In this document: positions 8,910 to 16,766 of the stretch, piece after piece
Layout: the number at the start of each line of letters is the position of its first letter
How positions within the stretch are numbered: the first letter of the stretch is position 1
Virus record (IMG/VR): IMGVR_UViG_3300042318_000627
Span: 53,751 to 73,750 of that record
DNA: 20,000 bases
Direction: 5' to 3' (one strand)
Source: an uncultured virus (IMG/VR IMGVR_UViG_3300042318_000627)
Taxonomy: Duplodnaviria; Heunggongvirae; Uroviricota; Caudoviricetes
Translations under genes and position numbers: made by a program
Notes under the pieces: generated by a model
What the model was told of the DNA's origin: nothing
Databases searched by the model: none
The model's input: only the letters and a program-made list of their open reading frames with translations

Positions 8910-9176
8910 TCAACCAATTATTTTATCCAACGCGCTGATTGCAAGCAAATGACTTTCTTTACATTGCTTTGCACGCAGTTGCAAGTGCTCAACACTAACA
9001 TTCTTATAAAAATTATCTATAATATATTTGTTTTTGTCGCTCACATCTCCGTTGCTAATGTCATGAATGCATTCAGCACGACTATATTCATAACTGTCAT
9101 AATCCAAAGTGTCCATTTCCGAAAGTAAAATGTCTTGCAAAGCCCAAGGCAAATCAAAGAATGATGTTGGTTTCAT
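8910..9176 (-). CDS. hypothetical protein (88 aa)
   Basis: Cassette-led ATG; TGA stop lies inside the next -35 box. Confidence 0.8.
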   Translation of the reverse strand: MKPTSFFDLPWALQDILLSEMDTLDYDSYEYSRAECIHDISNGDVSDKNKYIIDNFYKNVSVEHLQLRAKQCKESHLLAISALDKIIG

Positions 9177-9208
9177 GTTCTAAACTATGAGTTAGATTTT
9201 ATAAAATG

Positions 9209-9415
9209 TCAAGGATTTTTATGGTCGCCAACCCAGATTCCAATGGGCGACTTGGAACGATCATATGCGCCATTCGCGCCGATAGGATAAATAAGATCAA
9301 GCGCATTTATGCCAGAAAATCGACCAGTTACACCGTTCATAACATCACAGCTAATGTCTCCACCGTGAACTTTCTTGATGTCGTTGAGTTGCTTGATAAG
9401 GTCTTTAAGTTTCAT
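9209..9415 (-). CDS. hypothetical protein (68 aa, MKLKDLIKQ...)
   Basis: Start reassigned to the cassette ATG at 9415. Confidence 0.8.
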   Translation of the reverse strand: MKLKDLIKQLNDIKKVHGGDISCDVMNGVTGRFSGINALDLIYPIGANGAYDRSKSPIGIWVGDHKNP

Positions 9416-9462
9416 GTTATAAATACTGACAGAGTTTTTATAAATGTCAAACCAAATTTCAA

Positions 9463-9669
9463 TCAATCCATACGCTTAACAATTACTTTAGTTTGTTTCA
9501 TTATGGATGAAAAAACGACCTGACTCAGTCTTTCGTTCCTCTGAATTTCGCCCAGTGTATTTGGGTTAACAACTCGTTGTGCTCCCTCTTGGCTAATACC
9601 ATAACCGTTTGCGGCATAAAATGAACCAAGCAAAATATAGTTTAGAGAATAGACGTAAATTAAGTTCAT
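9463..9669 (-). CDS. hypothetical protein (68 aa, MNLIYVYS...)
   Basis: ATG at 9669 follows a half cassette (-10 part only). Confidence 0.7.
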   Translation of the reverse strand: MNLIYVYSLNYILLGSFYAANGYGISQEGAQRVVNPNTLGEIQRNERLSQVVFSSIMKQTKVIVKRMD

Positions 9670-9679
9670 GTTATAAATA

Positions 9680-9835
9680 CTAAAATAGGGTGCTGCCAAT
9701 GTATGAGAGAATCAATCCAATAGAGCACAACAGTAATGCCAATTTACGGTATTTACCTTGCCCAATAGAATGGTTGTAAATAAAAAAGCCAGCGATAGAG
9801 AGCAAGCAGCCGAATAAGAGCAGGAATGATTTCAT
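9680..9835 (-). CDS. small membrane protein, two hydrophobic segments (51 aa)
   Basis: Cassette ATG at 9835; segments FLLLFGCLLSIAGFFIY and LALLLCSIGLILSYIGSTLF. Confidence 0.75.
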   Translation of the reverse strand: MKSFLLLFGCLLSIAGFFIYNHSIGQGKYRKLALLLCSIGLILSYIGSTLF

Positions 9836-9866
9836 GTTATAAATACTGACAGAGTTTTTATAAAAG

Positions 9867-10070
9867 TCAAGCCTTTGGAACAAGCACACCTTCTTTATTT
9901 CGTGAACGCTTTAAAGCATACCACGTCCAAGCGAATGGAAGAGCGAACGAAAGTAGAATTACAATTAACTTAAGAGTGATGGTTTCTTTCTTGAACGCTC
10001 TGATTGAGTAGTTTACATTCGATTTAAAATGCGCTTTGAAAGAGGTGTCTGTGGTTCGCGTGTAAATCAT
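9867..10070 (-). CDS. small membrane protein (67 aa)
   Basis: Cassette-led; one hydrophobic segment LIVILLSFALPFAWTWYAL. Confidence 0.75.
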   Translation of the reverse strand: MIYTRTTDTSFKAHFKSNVNYSIRAFKKETITLKLIVILLSFALPFAWTWYALKRSRNKEGVLVPKA

Positions 10071-10101
10071 AAGAGAGATAATGACTTACTTTTTATAAAT
10101 G

Positions 10102-10317
10102 TCAAGCAGCCTTTTCACCTTTGATAAACAGCAATTCTTTGACCTGCTTGATCTTGACAGTTTGACCCTCCTCGGCCAGAATTTTTGCTTCTTTCATAGC
10201 AGATTTGAGTGTTTTGAGTGTGGTGTCCAAGGTTTCATCGTCATATTCTCCCCAACCACTTGTGGCACCAATCGTGTAGAGTTCAAAGTATGTCTTGGTA
10301 AGTTTCTTGGATTTCAT
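10102..10317 (-). CDS. hypothetical protein (71 aa)
   Basis: Cassette-led ATG; TGA in the next -35 box. Confidence 0.8.
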   Translation of the reverse strand: MKSKKLTKTYFELYTIGATSGWGEYDDETLDTTLKTLKSAMKEAKILAEEGQTVKIKQVKELLFIKGEKAA

Positions 10318-10349
10318 GTTATAAATACTGACTTACTTATTATAAAATG

Positions 10350-10568
10350 TCAAGCACTCAATGCAAAATTGCTGCCAAATTTTCCAGTAACATTGCTGCG
10401 TTCAAAAGCAACAATGTCATTGTTCACAGAAAAAACAATTGAACGTATGATACCATATTCATCAAATTGAATGTTCAACAGTTTATATGATGTATTGGGT
10501 GCTACAACAATCCAAGTGTTGTTGTAGGTTTTCAAATTGGCGACATTGTTGAAGATAACAAATTTCAT
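10350..10568 (-). CDS. hypothetical protein (72 aa)
   Basis: Cassette-led ATG; TGA in the next -35 box. Confidence 0.75.
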   Translation of the reverse strand: MKFVIFNNVANLKTYNNTWIVVAPNTSYKLLNIQFDEYGIIRSIVFSVNNDIVAFERSNVTGKFGSNFALSA

Positions 10569-10607
10569 ACACTTAGATTGATCTATTATTTATAATAAGT
10601 CAAGAAA

Positions 10608-10772
10608 TTACTTCTTTTGATTTTCTAGAATCTCCTTTAGTTCCTTGGCGAAATCAACGACCCAGTATTCATCCAATCCAAGATCGCCCTTGGCCCAATG
10701 ATCGCCGCCGAGACGCTTTGCGTGCTTAATGAAAAGCTTATCTACCAGTTCTTGAAAATCGTTGTCGTTCAT
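10608..10772 (-). CDS. hypothetical protein (54 aa, MNDNDFQELVDKLF...)
   Basis: Manually translated (below the ORF track cutoff); ATG at +1 of a degenerate cassette. Confidence 0.8.
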   Translation of the reverse strand: MNDNDFQELVDKLFIKHAKRLGGDHWAKGDLGLDEYWVVDFAKELKEILENQKK

Positions 10773-10818
10773 AAAAGTAATAGTGAACTAAATTAAAAAA
10801 AAGTCCAGACAAAAGTAT

Positions 10819-10854
10819 AAAAAAAAGAGGGAGTCGCCACCACGCGACTCCCTC
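10819..10854 (-). terminator. rho-independent terminator
   Basis: 11-bp stem GAGGGAGTCGC/GCGACTCCCTC, 6-nt loop, T8 tract on the minus strand. Confidence 0.9.
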
Positions 10855-10880
10855 AACTATGAACACTCTCAACCTAAATC

Positions 10881-11234
10881 TTAGTGGTGGTTATAACAAG
10901 AAATTGGCTTGCCACCCCACACATAAAAGTTGCTGTAGCTGTTGTTCTTGACGCGATAGCCGTCGCCATCAGCAGTAAACCGCTTGGTTTCAGTATCACC
11001 CTTGATGCGATCCGTAGCAGGCGTGCTGATCCATTCCATGCCACCGCCGCCACTGTATTTGTTGTCAGCAGGCAAGCGCACAATCTTGACGCTTTTGCCA
11101 GTTACGGCCACAACCTTGGCCCACGACGCAATGCTGGCTTCATAGCCACTGATGCTGACCAATATGTCGCCAACCTTGGGACCATTGACAACCGTGGGCT
11201 TGTTTACCAGATCAGGAGAAAAGATAGAGTTCAT
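10881..11234 (-). CDS. hypothetical phage protein (117 aa; KVGDILVS..GYE motif)
   Basis: Cassette-led ATG; followed by a terminator. Confidence 0.85.
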   Translation of the reverse strand: MNSIFSPDLVNKPTVVNGPKVGDILVSISGYEASIASWAKVVAVTGKSVKIVRLPADNKYSGGGGMEWISTPATDRIKGDTETKRFTADGDGYRVKNNSYSNFYVWGGKPISCYNHH

Positions 11235-11277
11235 GTTGTAAACTATGACTGGTTTTTATAAAAAGTCGAGACAATAA

Positions 11278-11694
11278 TCAAATGTTGTTGAGAATATTTT
11301 GACTGTTGACGAATGTCTCATCGCCATTGTCATGCATAATCTTAACGCTAAAATCCTTGGCATCTAGACCATCAAACAAAGATGTGTTCAAAAACATATG
11401 TGGAAAAGATTCAATCAATTCAACAAATCCACTGTTAAATGATGGCGTATGAATCCAACGACCATTGCTGAGTTTATTAAACTCCTCACTATGAGTGCCT
11501 TTCACAAGCAAATTGGACCATTCCATAAGTTTTTGTTTATCAACAGATGCATCTCCACAAAATTTGCCAGAATTATATGGAAGATTGAAATACTCAAGCA
11601 GCATTTCATGCATGATCTCAGATTGATAGTCAGACAGACTTTGCTTGATCTCGTCGATTGTCAGAGCAATTGTGGTGTGCTTGGTGATCTTCAT
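11278..11694 (-). CDS. hypothetical protein (138 aa)
   Basis: Cassette-led ATG. Confidence 0.85.
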   Translation of the reverse strand: MKITKHTTIALTIDEIKQSLSDYQSEIMHEMLLEYFNLPYNSGKFCGDASVDKQKLMEWSNLLVKGTHSEEFNKLSNGRWIHTPSFNSGFVELIESFPHMFLNTSLFDGLDAKDFSVKIMHDNGDETFVNSQNILNNI

Positions 11695-11738
11695 GTTTAG
11701 AATACTGACAGAGTTTTTATAAAAAGCAACAGTATTTT

Positions 11739-12026
11739 TTAGTCAAACGCAGGATGACTGGCATTTGCAACATAGATATGAAAATGTGCTGTGCTGCGTG
11801 GAGCACGATAATCATTCAAATTTACGACATTAACATATTTCATTTCGTTGCGCGACTTGACCCAGCTCAATAGCTTGTCAACACTAGCATATGATTCCAC
11901 AGCCCAAGCCACACGGCTGGCTCCACCTCTTGCTCCACCCCAGCCGCTCATGCACTTGTCCTTGGCAACGATTGCCCACTTGTGAGTGATTTTCTGAGAT
12001 TCATTGCGATCATCTACGGTTTTCAT
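11739..12026 (-). CDS. hypothetical phage protein (95 aa; DKCMSGWGGA motif)
   Basis: Start reassigned to the cassette ATG at 12026. Confidence 0.85.
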   Translation of the reverse strand: MKTVDDRNESQKITHKWAIVAKDKCMSGWGGARGGASRVAWAVESYASVDKLLSWVKSRNEMKYVNVVNLNDYRAPRSTAHFHIYVANASHPAFD

Positions 12027-12069
12027 GTTATATATACTGACTATTTTTTTATAAAAAGCAACTCTATTT

Positions 12070-12201
12070 TTACTGCCACTTGTTGTTTCTGTTCTTGCGA
12101 GTGTAGGCACCTTTGCCTTTTTTGGTTTTGTGAATCTGATTGCCCAGATTCATGCCAGAGCTGAACACGCTGCGAAGTTTGATTGGCGAGTTGGTCTTCA
12201 T
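12070..12201 (-). CDS. ArfA-like (alternative ribosome rescue factor A-like) small basic protein, 43 aa
   Basis: MKTNSPIKLRSVFSSGMNLGNQIHKTKKGKGAYTRKNRNNKWQ; KKGKGAYTRK matches the ArfA KKGKGSYxRK signature; own cassette promoter. Confidence 0.65.
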   Translation of the reverse strand: MKTNSPIKLRSVFSSGMNLGNQIHKTKKGKGAYTRKNRNNKWQ

Positions 12202-12233
12202 GTTGAATACACTGACAGAGTTTTTATAAAAGG

Positions 12234-12419
12234 TCAAGAAGCTTCTTCGGTATCTTGATCAACGTAACTGTATGAAATACAATCAATTTCGTTCCAAAAC
12301 TTATTCAAGGCTTTGATCTCGGCCTCAATTTTGGACTCTGCTGAAACGGTATATGTGCGTTCTACCTGTTCACGCGGGTCATAAACACTTTGAGCGTAGA
12401 TGGTGGTGATGAAGTTCAT
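12234..12419 (-). CDS. hypothetical protein (61 aa)
   Basis: Start reassigned to the cassette ATG at 12419. Confidence 0.8.
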   Translation of the reverse strand: MNFITTIYAQSVYDPREQVERTYTVSAESKIEAEIKALNKFWNEIDCISYSYVDQDTEEAS

Positions 12420-12450
12420 GTTTATGACTATGGCAGAGTTTTTATAAATG

Positions 12451-12672
12451 TCAAACAGATATTGGTGCTGGACGACCAGTGGCGTCATCAAAAATATAAT
12501 TCACTGCATCTTCTGATTGTGCAGCACGACTTTTGATTGGAACATACCAACGAGAAAGCAGCTCATGCCCAGCTTTTTCAGCTTCAATTTTGGTGGCAAA
12601 TCGCAGAGCATTGCTTGCCCAAGATTTTTCGCCTTGATACATTGTGCAAACTTCAGTTTTCCAAGATTTCAT
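12451..12672 (-). CDS. hypothetical phage protein (73 aa; NALRFAT.EAE motif)
   Basis: Start reassigned to the cassette ATG at 12672. Confidence 0.85.
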   Translation of the reverse strand: MKSWKTEVCTMYQGEKSWASNALRFATKIEAEKAGHELLSRWYVPIKSRAAQSEDAVNYIFDDATGRPAPISV

Positions 12673-12710
12673 ATTTAAGATAATGTATGAGTTTTTATTA
12701 AAAGCGAGAC

Positions 12711-12875
12711 TTATTTTACTTTTTTGGATGATAGTTGAGCTTTCCAAGCAGCAACAACTGCATCAACTGCGAACTTATGCTCGTCTTCTGTGATTCTCGT
12801 AGCAGCACAAGCTTCGTCCAGCTCAAACACAATGTTGCCAATTTCAACGCCAGTGATAATTGATTTAGAGTTCAT
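12711..12875 (-). CDS. hypothetical protein (54 aa)
   Basis: Start reassigned to the cassette ATG at 12875. Confidence 0.8.
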   Translation of the reverse strand: MNSKSIITGVEIGNIVFELDEACAATRITEDEHKFAVDAVVAAWKAQLSSKKVK

Positions 12876-12921
12876 AAATAAGATAATGTATGATTTTTTA
12901 TTAAAAGCGAGACTTATTTTT

Positions 12922-13119
12922 TCAATCAACAAAGTAAATCACTTTGTCAGAGTGCCCTACGTCATAACTCAGTCTCATTTTCATAAGCCGTTCAGAGTTC
13001 TTGTCGAGATAGTCGTGGAACTCTTCATATGAGCAATCAGTAAACCGCATCCAAATTCTCAATCGAAGTTGAGTAGGAAACCGGCCAAGCTCTCTCTCAA
13101 AGTTGATGATAATTTTCAT
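12922..13119 (-). CDS. hypothetical protein (65 aa)
   Basis: Cassette-led ATG. Confidence 0.75.
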   Translation of the reverse strand: MKIIINFERELGRFPTQLRLRIWMRFTDCSYEEFHDYLDKNSERLMKMRLSYDVGHSDKVIYFVD

Positions 13120-13157
13120 ATTTAAAACAATAGCAGAGTTTTTATAGAAAGCGAGAC

Positions 13158-13376
13158 TTATTTTAAATTTTCAACGGTCCAACCACGCTGCCAAGCATCC
13201 ATGAGCTTCAACAGTTGCTTGGTAAATTTCCAATCAGCTGTGCTGTATTTCTTGATGAAATAACTAAACTCAACATCAGATGCACAAGCACACAAGATGC
13301 CACGCTGAAAAGCGGCTGCACCCATAACAGTTGCTTTGTTCAAGTCGTTCTGAAAATCTGCTTTGGTGAGGTTCAT
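13158..13376 (-). CDS. hypothetical protein (72 aa)
   Basis: Cassette-led ATG. Confidence 0.8.
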   Translation of the reverse strand: MNLTKADFQNDLNKATVMGAAAFQRGILCACASDVEFSYFIKKYSTADWKFTKQLLKLMDAWQRGWTVENLK

Positions 13377-13412
13377 ACTTAAAACAATGTCAGAGTTTTT
13401 ATAAAAAGCAAG

Positions 13413-13441
13413 AAAAAAGGGGAGGTTTTTTATGCCTCCTC
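13413..13441 (-). terminator. rho-independent terminator
   Basis: Minus strand: GAGGAGG-CATAAAAAA-CCTCCCC-TTTTTT. Confidence 0.7.
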
Positions 13442-13466
13442 TTTTCTTATGAACCCAACGAAAAAA

Positions 13467-13658
13467 TCAAAAGTCAAGAAATTCTGGTTCAATAAGTGAT
13501 ACATTTATAGCATCATCAAACAGCAGCACATTGTCACCATTGTCTTCATCAACCCAATATGTCAATGACATATTTTGATTTTCATGAATAACTGCAACAG
13601 TGCCTGTGCTTGTTGAACAGTTATGAGGAAATGATAATCTGTCGCCTACAAGATACAT
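13467..13658 (-). CDS. hypothetical protein (63 aa, MYLVGDRL...)
   Basis: ATG 1 nt after the upstream stop (TAA-A-ATG), so probably translationally coupled. Confidence 0.75.
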   Translation of the reverse strand: MYLVGDRLSFPHNCSTSTGTVAVIHENQNMSLTYWVDEDNGDNVLLFDDAINVSLIEPEFLDF

Positions 13659-13659
13659 T

Positions 13660-13971
13660 TTACTCGTCCTCCCCACCAAAGCTGTCAATCGACGGGCAGT
13701 AGTTTTCCTCGTCATCATAGCCAGCGGAACGCAGAGCGTCAGCATCAGCCTCGCCGTCGTGGCGAAACTGGTCAGGCTCGTTGTCATCACCAGAGCTACC
13801 GAAATCAACAATGCCTTGCTCATGCAACAAGTCCACGAGATAATCAACATCATCGGTGTTGATTGTCATATTGTCATAATCAACGCTATACTGGGGCGTG
13901 CTGTCAAGCTCCAGAGCAGTGACGGCGAGCAGAAACAGACCCTTTTCGGTGAAGGTGATTGAGGAGTTCAT
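13660..13971 (-). CDS. highly acidic protein (103 aa)
   Basis: Cassette-led; very Asp/Glu-rich, with few basic residues. Confidence 0.85.
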   Translation of the reverse strand: MNSSITFTEKGLFLLAVTALELDSTPQYSVDYDNMTINTDDVDYLVDLLHEQGIVDFGSSGDDNEPDQFRHDGEADADALRSAGYDDEENYCPSIDSFGGEDE

Positions 13972-14013
13972 ATTTAAAACAATGACAGAATTTTTATAAA
14001 AAGCAAGACCTAT

Positions 14014-14205
14014 TTATTCTTCGGAGGTTTTGGACTTACATGGCAAAGGGCGGACAATTTCCAGATCAACACGCCACTCATAAGTGGCATCATTTCCATA
14101 AGCAATCTTGACCAAATTACTTCCATCTCCGTAGTGGCCAACAACCATACACTGAAAGCCCTTGAACCTGCCCTTATGTGGGATGACGATTGAATGAAGT
14201 TTCAT
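14014..14205 (-). CDS. hypothetical protein (63 aa, possible SH3/KOW-like)
   Basis: Cassette ATG at 14205; VIPHKGRFKG..CMVV pattern. Confidence 0.75.
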   Translation of the reverse strand: MKLHSIVIPHKGRFKGFQCMVVGHYGDGSNLVKIAYGNDATYEWRVDLEIVRPLPCKSKTSEE

Positions 14206-14243
14206 GAGTAATACTATGACTATTTTTTTATAAAAAGCAACTC

Positions 14244-14471
14244 TTATTTTGCCAATTTGCTGTTCACAACGTGTTTGATCAGGTCGTTGAGACCCTTGCC
14301 CACATACTTGCAACGCTTGAGCAAGTTTTTGCTGTCATAATTCGGAAAGCCACTTTCTTCTTCTATCGAATCGGGTGAAAGAAAAACCCACTTATTTTCT
14401 GCCCTGAGATACAGATAAATAAAACCTTCTTTATTTTCAACGTAATAACCGGGTTTTGGTGATTTGTTCAT
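14244..14471 (-). CDS. hypothetical protein (75 aa)
   Basis: Cassette-led ATG. Confidence 0.8.
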   Translation of the reverse strand: MNKSPKPGYYVENKEGFIYLYLRAENKWVFLSPDSIEEESGFPNYDSKNLLKRCKYVGKGLNDLIKHVVNSKLAK

Positions 14472-14509
14472 ATTTAGAATAATGTCAGAGTTTTTATAAA
14501 AAGCAACAC

Positions 14510-14755
14510 TTATTTATCAAAAGTTGCGATTGGCTCAATGCCACCCACCAAGCTGCGAACAAAATGACATTTCAGCGTGTCGCTGTTCCAAGCAGTAAAA
14601 GTGAATTTGCGACCATCATAGCTCAACACTTTTTTGCTGATCTTCTTTACATCATCCCAACCATTTGGAACATCAACAGTAAGAAATTCACGCTGAACAT
14701 CTGGACGATATGAGTAAACAACTGAAATGTCGTTGGGAAGAATGGTTGCTTTCAT
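14510..14755 (-). CDS. hypothetical protein (81 aa)
   Basis: Cassette-led ATG. Confidence 0.8.
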   Translation of the reverse strand: MKATILPNDISVVYSYRPDVQREFLTVDVPNGWDDVKKISKKVLSYDGRKFTFTAWNSDTLKCHFVRSLVGGIEPIATFDK

Positions 14756-14793
14756 ATTTAAAACAATGACAGAATTTTTATAAAAAGCAACTC

Positions 14794-14922
14794 TTATTTT
14801 TTCTTCTTTGGCACACTAACAATGTATTTTCCACTGCGTTCAGAGAAAGCATAATTGCTTGTTGCTAAATTTTTCTTGGCAAATTCAATAACTTGCTGCT
14901 TTGTGAATCGTTTGAGTTTCAT
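14794..14922 (-). CDS. small basic protein (42 aa, MKLKRFTKQQVIEF...)
   Basis: Manually translated; fills the gap, with TAA just before the next cassette. Confidence 0.6.
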   Translation of the reverse strand: MKLKRFTKQQVIEFAKKNLATSNYAFSERSGKYIVSVPKKKK

Positions 14923-14973
14923 GAATAAAAATTGTGCGTGAGTTGATATGCGCACCCCATCATTGAAATTTAT

Positions 14974-15267
14974 TTACACAATCTCAACGTCCTTGAAATA
15001 TCGCTCAGAACGATGCAGAATTTCACTCCAATCATTTTCTACGCTACTTGGAATTTCATCATCAAAGTGCGGAAACGCTTCGGCACGACCAAGCGCAATG
15101 TTCAACGCCAGTTCTGGGTTGAACTTGTCGCCTCGGTTGGTGGCACACAGGCTGTAGCCAAAGCCAACTGTATTGTCGTGCCGCTTCACAGCGACGACCA
15201 CGCCGACTTTTTGCCGTCGCCGGTTGCGAACATACTGAAAGATAGTGTTGTTAGGAGGATTGATCAT
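14974..15267 (-). CDS. hypothetical phage protein (97 aa; GYSLC..DKFN..LA..IA..RA, N4 Gp49/Sf6 gp66-like pattern)
   Basis: ATG at 15267 after a ~25-nt CAA-rich leader. Family resemblance is from memory only. Confidence 0.75.
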   Translation of the reverse strand: MINPPNNTIFQYVRNRRRQKVGVVVAVKRHDNTVGFGYSLCATNRGDKFNPELALNIALGRAEAFPHFDDEIPSSVENDWSEILHRSERYFKDVEIV

Positions 15268-15336
15268 AGGTATTGTGTTGTTGTTTGACTGAAATAATGA
15301 TAGTAGCAGAGTTTTTATAAAAAGCAACTCTATTTT

Positions 15337-15699
15337 TTAGCGAAGATACGCAGGACCATATTCAGTGAATTTGGTCAGCACGTTGGCATCCTTGACGTTG
15401 CCGCGCACGCCCTTGGCAACAGGAGCCTTCCAAGTGCCTTTGAGCAAATCGCCAGTGGCTACGTCATAGAAGCAATAAACGCCAACGGCTTTGAGCGGAC
15501 CAGTGCGATGCGGCACGCGCTCACACTTAGCAAGTTTGGCATAACGCTCGCCCACGCTGTCAACCATGACCACGGGAGCATCATTGTGCGTGAAGTTGTT
15601 GCGTTGCCAATAATCACTGATTTTCTTGTTCACGCCACGAATAAAATCCGTGAGCGGCATATCATTTTTCAGAGCATCAATAGTGTCGGTCTTGTTCAT
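15337..15699 (-). CDS. conserved-type phage protein (120 aa; TGDLLK..WKAP..RGNV motif)
   Basis: Cassette ATG at 15699; the motif resembles a recurrent small family of T4-like phages (recalled, not searched). Confidence 0.85.
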   Translation of the reverse strand: MNKTDTIDALKNDMPLTDFIRGVNKKISDYWQRNNFTHNDAPVVMVDSVGERYAKLAKCERVPHRTGPLKAVGVYCFYDVATGDLLKGTWKAPVAKGVRGNVKDANVLTKFTEYGPAYLR

Positions 15700-15734
15700 G
15701 TTTAGAAATATGTCAGAGTTTTTATAAAAGTCAA

Positions 15735-16124
15735 TCACCAATCATACATTTTAGGAACCATTTTTCCATTTTCACGCAGCCAGCCCACGTTTCCATGATG
15801 TAGGTCAGGAGCATAACCCTTGGCGATGTATGGTGCCAGTTGCCTCAGCAGCACCCCTACAGCCTCTTTTAAGCGGGTTTTCTTCACAATTGGCTGCACA
15901 ACCCACCCTCGCTGCAATTTGGTCGTAGGAACGCACAGAAACGACGGCGTTCGGGGTTCTAGGATGAGCGCAGGTCGCTTCACGACGATGCCCAGACCAT
16001 GATGATAATACGCATCAATGACGCGATATGCCGACTTTACTTTCTGAAAGCCAGCCACCTTTATGTTGTTCTCAAACAACAATGTTGCAGAATTGAGTGA
16101 TTTTATGATTTGCTTTTGCGTCAT
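15735..16124 (-). CDS. minimal protein-kinase-like (PKL fold) protein (129 aa)
   Basis: IVVKRP (VAIK-like Lys), PDLHHGNVG (catalytic loop) and terminal MYDW (DFG equivalent); ATG at 16124. Confidence 0.65.
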   Translation of the reverse strand: MTQKQIIKSLNSATLLFENNIKVAGFQKVKSAYRVIDAYYHHGLGIVVKRPALILEPRTPSFLCVPTTKLQRGWVVQPIVKKTRLKEAVGVLLRQLAPYIAKGYAPDLHHGNVGWLRENGKMVPKMYDW

Positions 16125-16125
16125 G

Positions 16126-16160
16126 AAAAATAAATGGTCCACCGTTTTCTGGTGGACCAT
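16126..16160 (-). terminator. rho-independent terminator
   Basis: 10-bp stem ATGGTCCACC/GGTGGACCAT, 7-nt loop, then TTATTTTT on the minus strand. Confidence 0.8.
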
Positions 16161-16166
16161 GTTCAG

Positions 16167-16469
16167 TCAGCAAAGGTCAGACGCCACCGCCTCAACCGCA
16201 GATGTCAGGGGCACAGCAGTCTTGGCATCGGCCCGAGTGAAGATCAGTTCACGCGCACCACGCCGAGCCTTGGCAGGCGTCTTTGCACCAACCACAGTGA
16301 TGGTGCCAGCCGCCAGAGCCTTCTTCACGCGCATATACGCAGTGATATACTTGGGATGGTTGCCCGTGGATGTCAGGCTCTTGACCGTGAAAGGCTTGCT
16401 AGGAAAGTTGAGCGTGAAGCCATACTTGATGCGCTTGGATGCAGTGGCAGTGGCAGTTGTATTGGACAT
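16167..16469 (-). CDS. basic, possibly winged-helix DNA-binding protein (100 aa)
   Basis: PFTVKSL...YITAYMRVKKALAAGTITVVG...RRGARELIF pattern; own promoter and terminator. Confidence 0.7.
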   Translation of the reverse strand: MSNTTATATASKRIKYGFTLNFPSKPFTVKSLTSTGNHPKYITAYMRVKKALAAGTITVVGAKTPAKARRGARELIFTRADAKTAVPLTSAVEAVASDLC

Positions 16470-16536
16470 ATTATTGTTGTTGTTTTTTATTACTTTATTA
16501 CTGTAGCAGAGTTTTTATAAAAAGCAAGACTATTTT

Positions 16537-16701
16537 TTAGTTTGGGTTTTTGAGCATACTTTCATATGCTTCTTTGATACGAACCCGCACATAATTTTGA
16601 CGAGATTCACTGTCTTTGAGAGCAAGAAAATCATAATCTGTTGCAAGCATTTTCAGAGTAGATTCCAAATAACCAGCGAGGTAAGGATAGTTGTAGTTCA
16701 T
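16537..16701 (-). CDS. hypothetical protein (54 aa)
   Basis: Start reassigned to the cassette ATG at 16701. Confidence 0.8.
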   Translation of the reverse strand: MNYNYPYLAGYLESTLKMLATDYDFLALKDSESRQNYVRVRIKEAYESMLKNPN

Positions 16702-16766
16702 ATTATAGATAATGTATGAGTTTTTATAAAAGTCGAGCAGAAAATAAAACAAAGCAACTCTATTTT

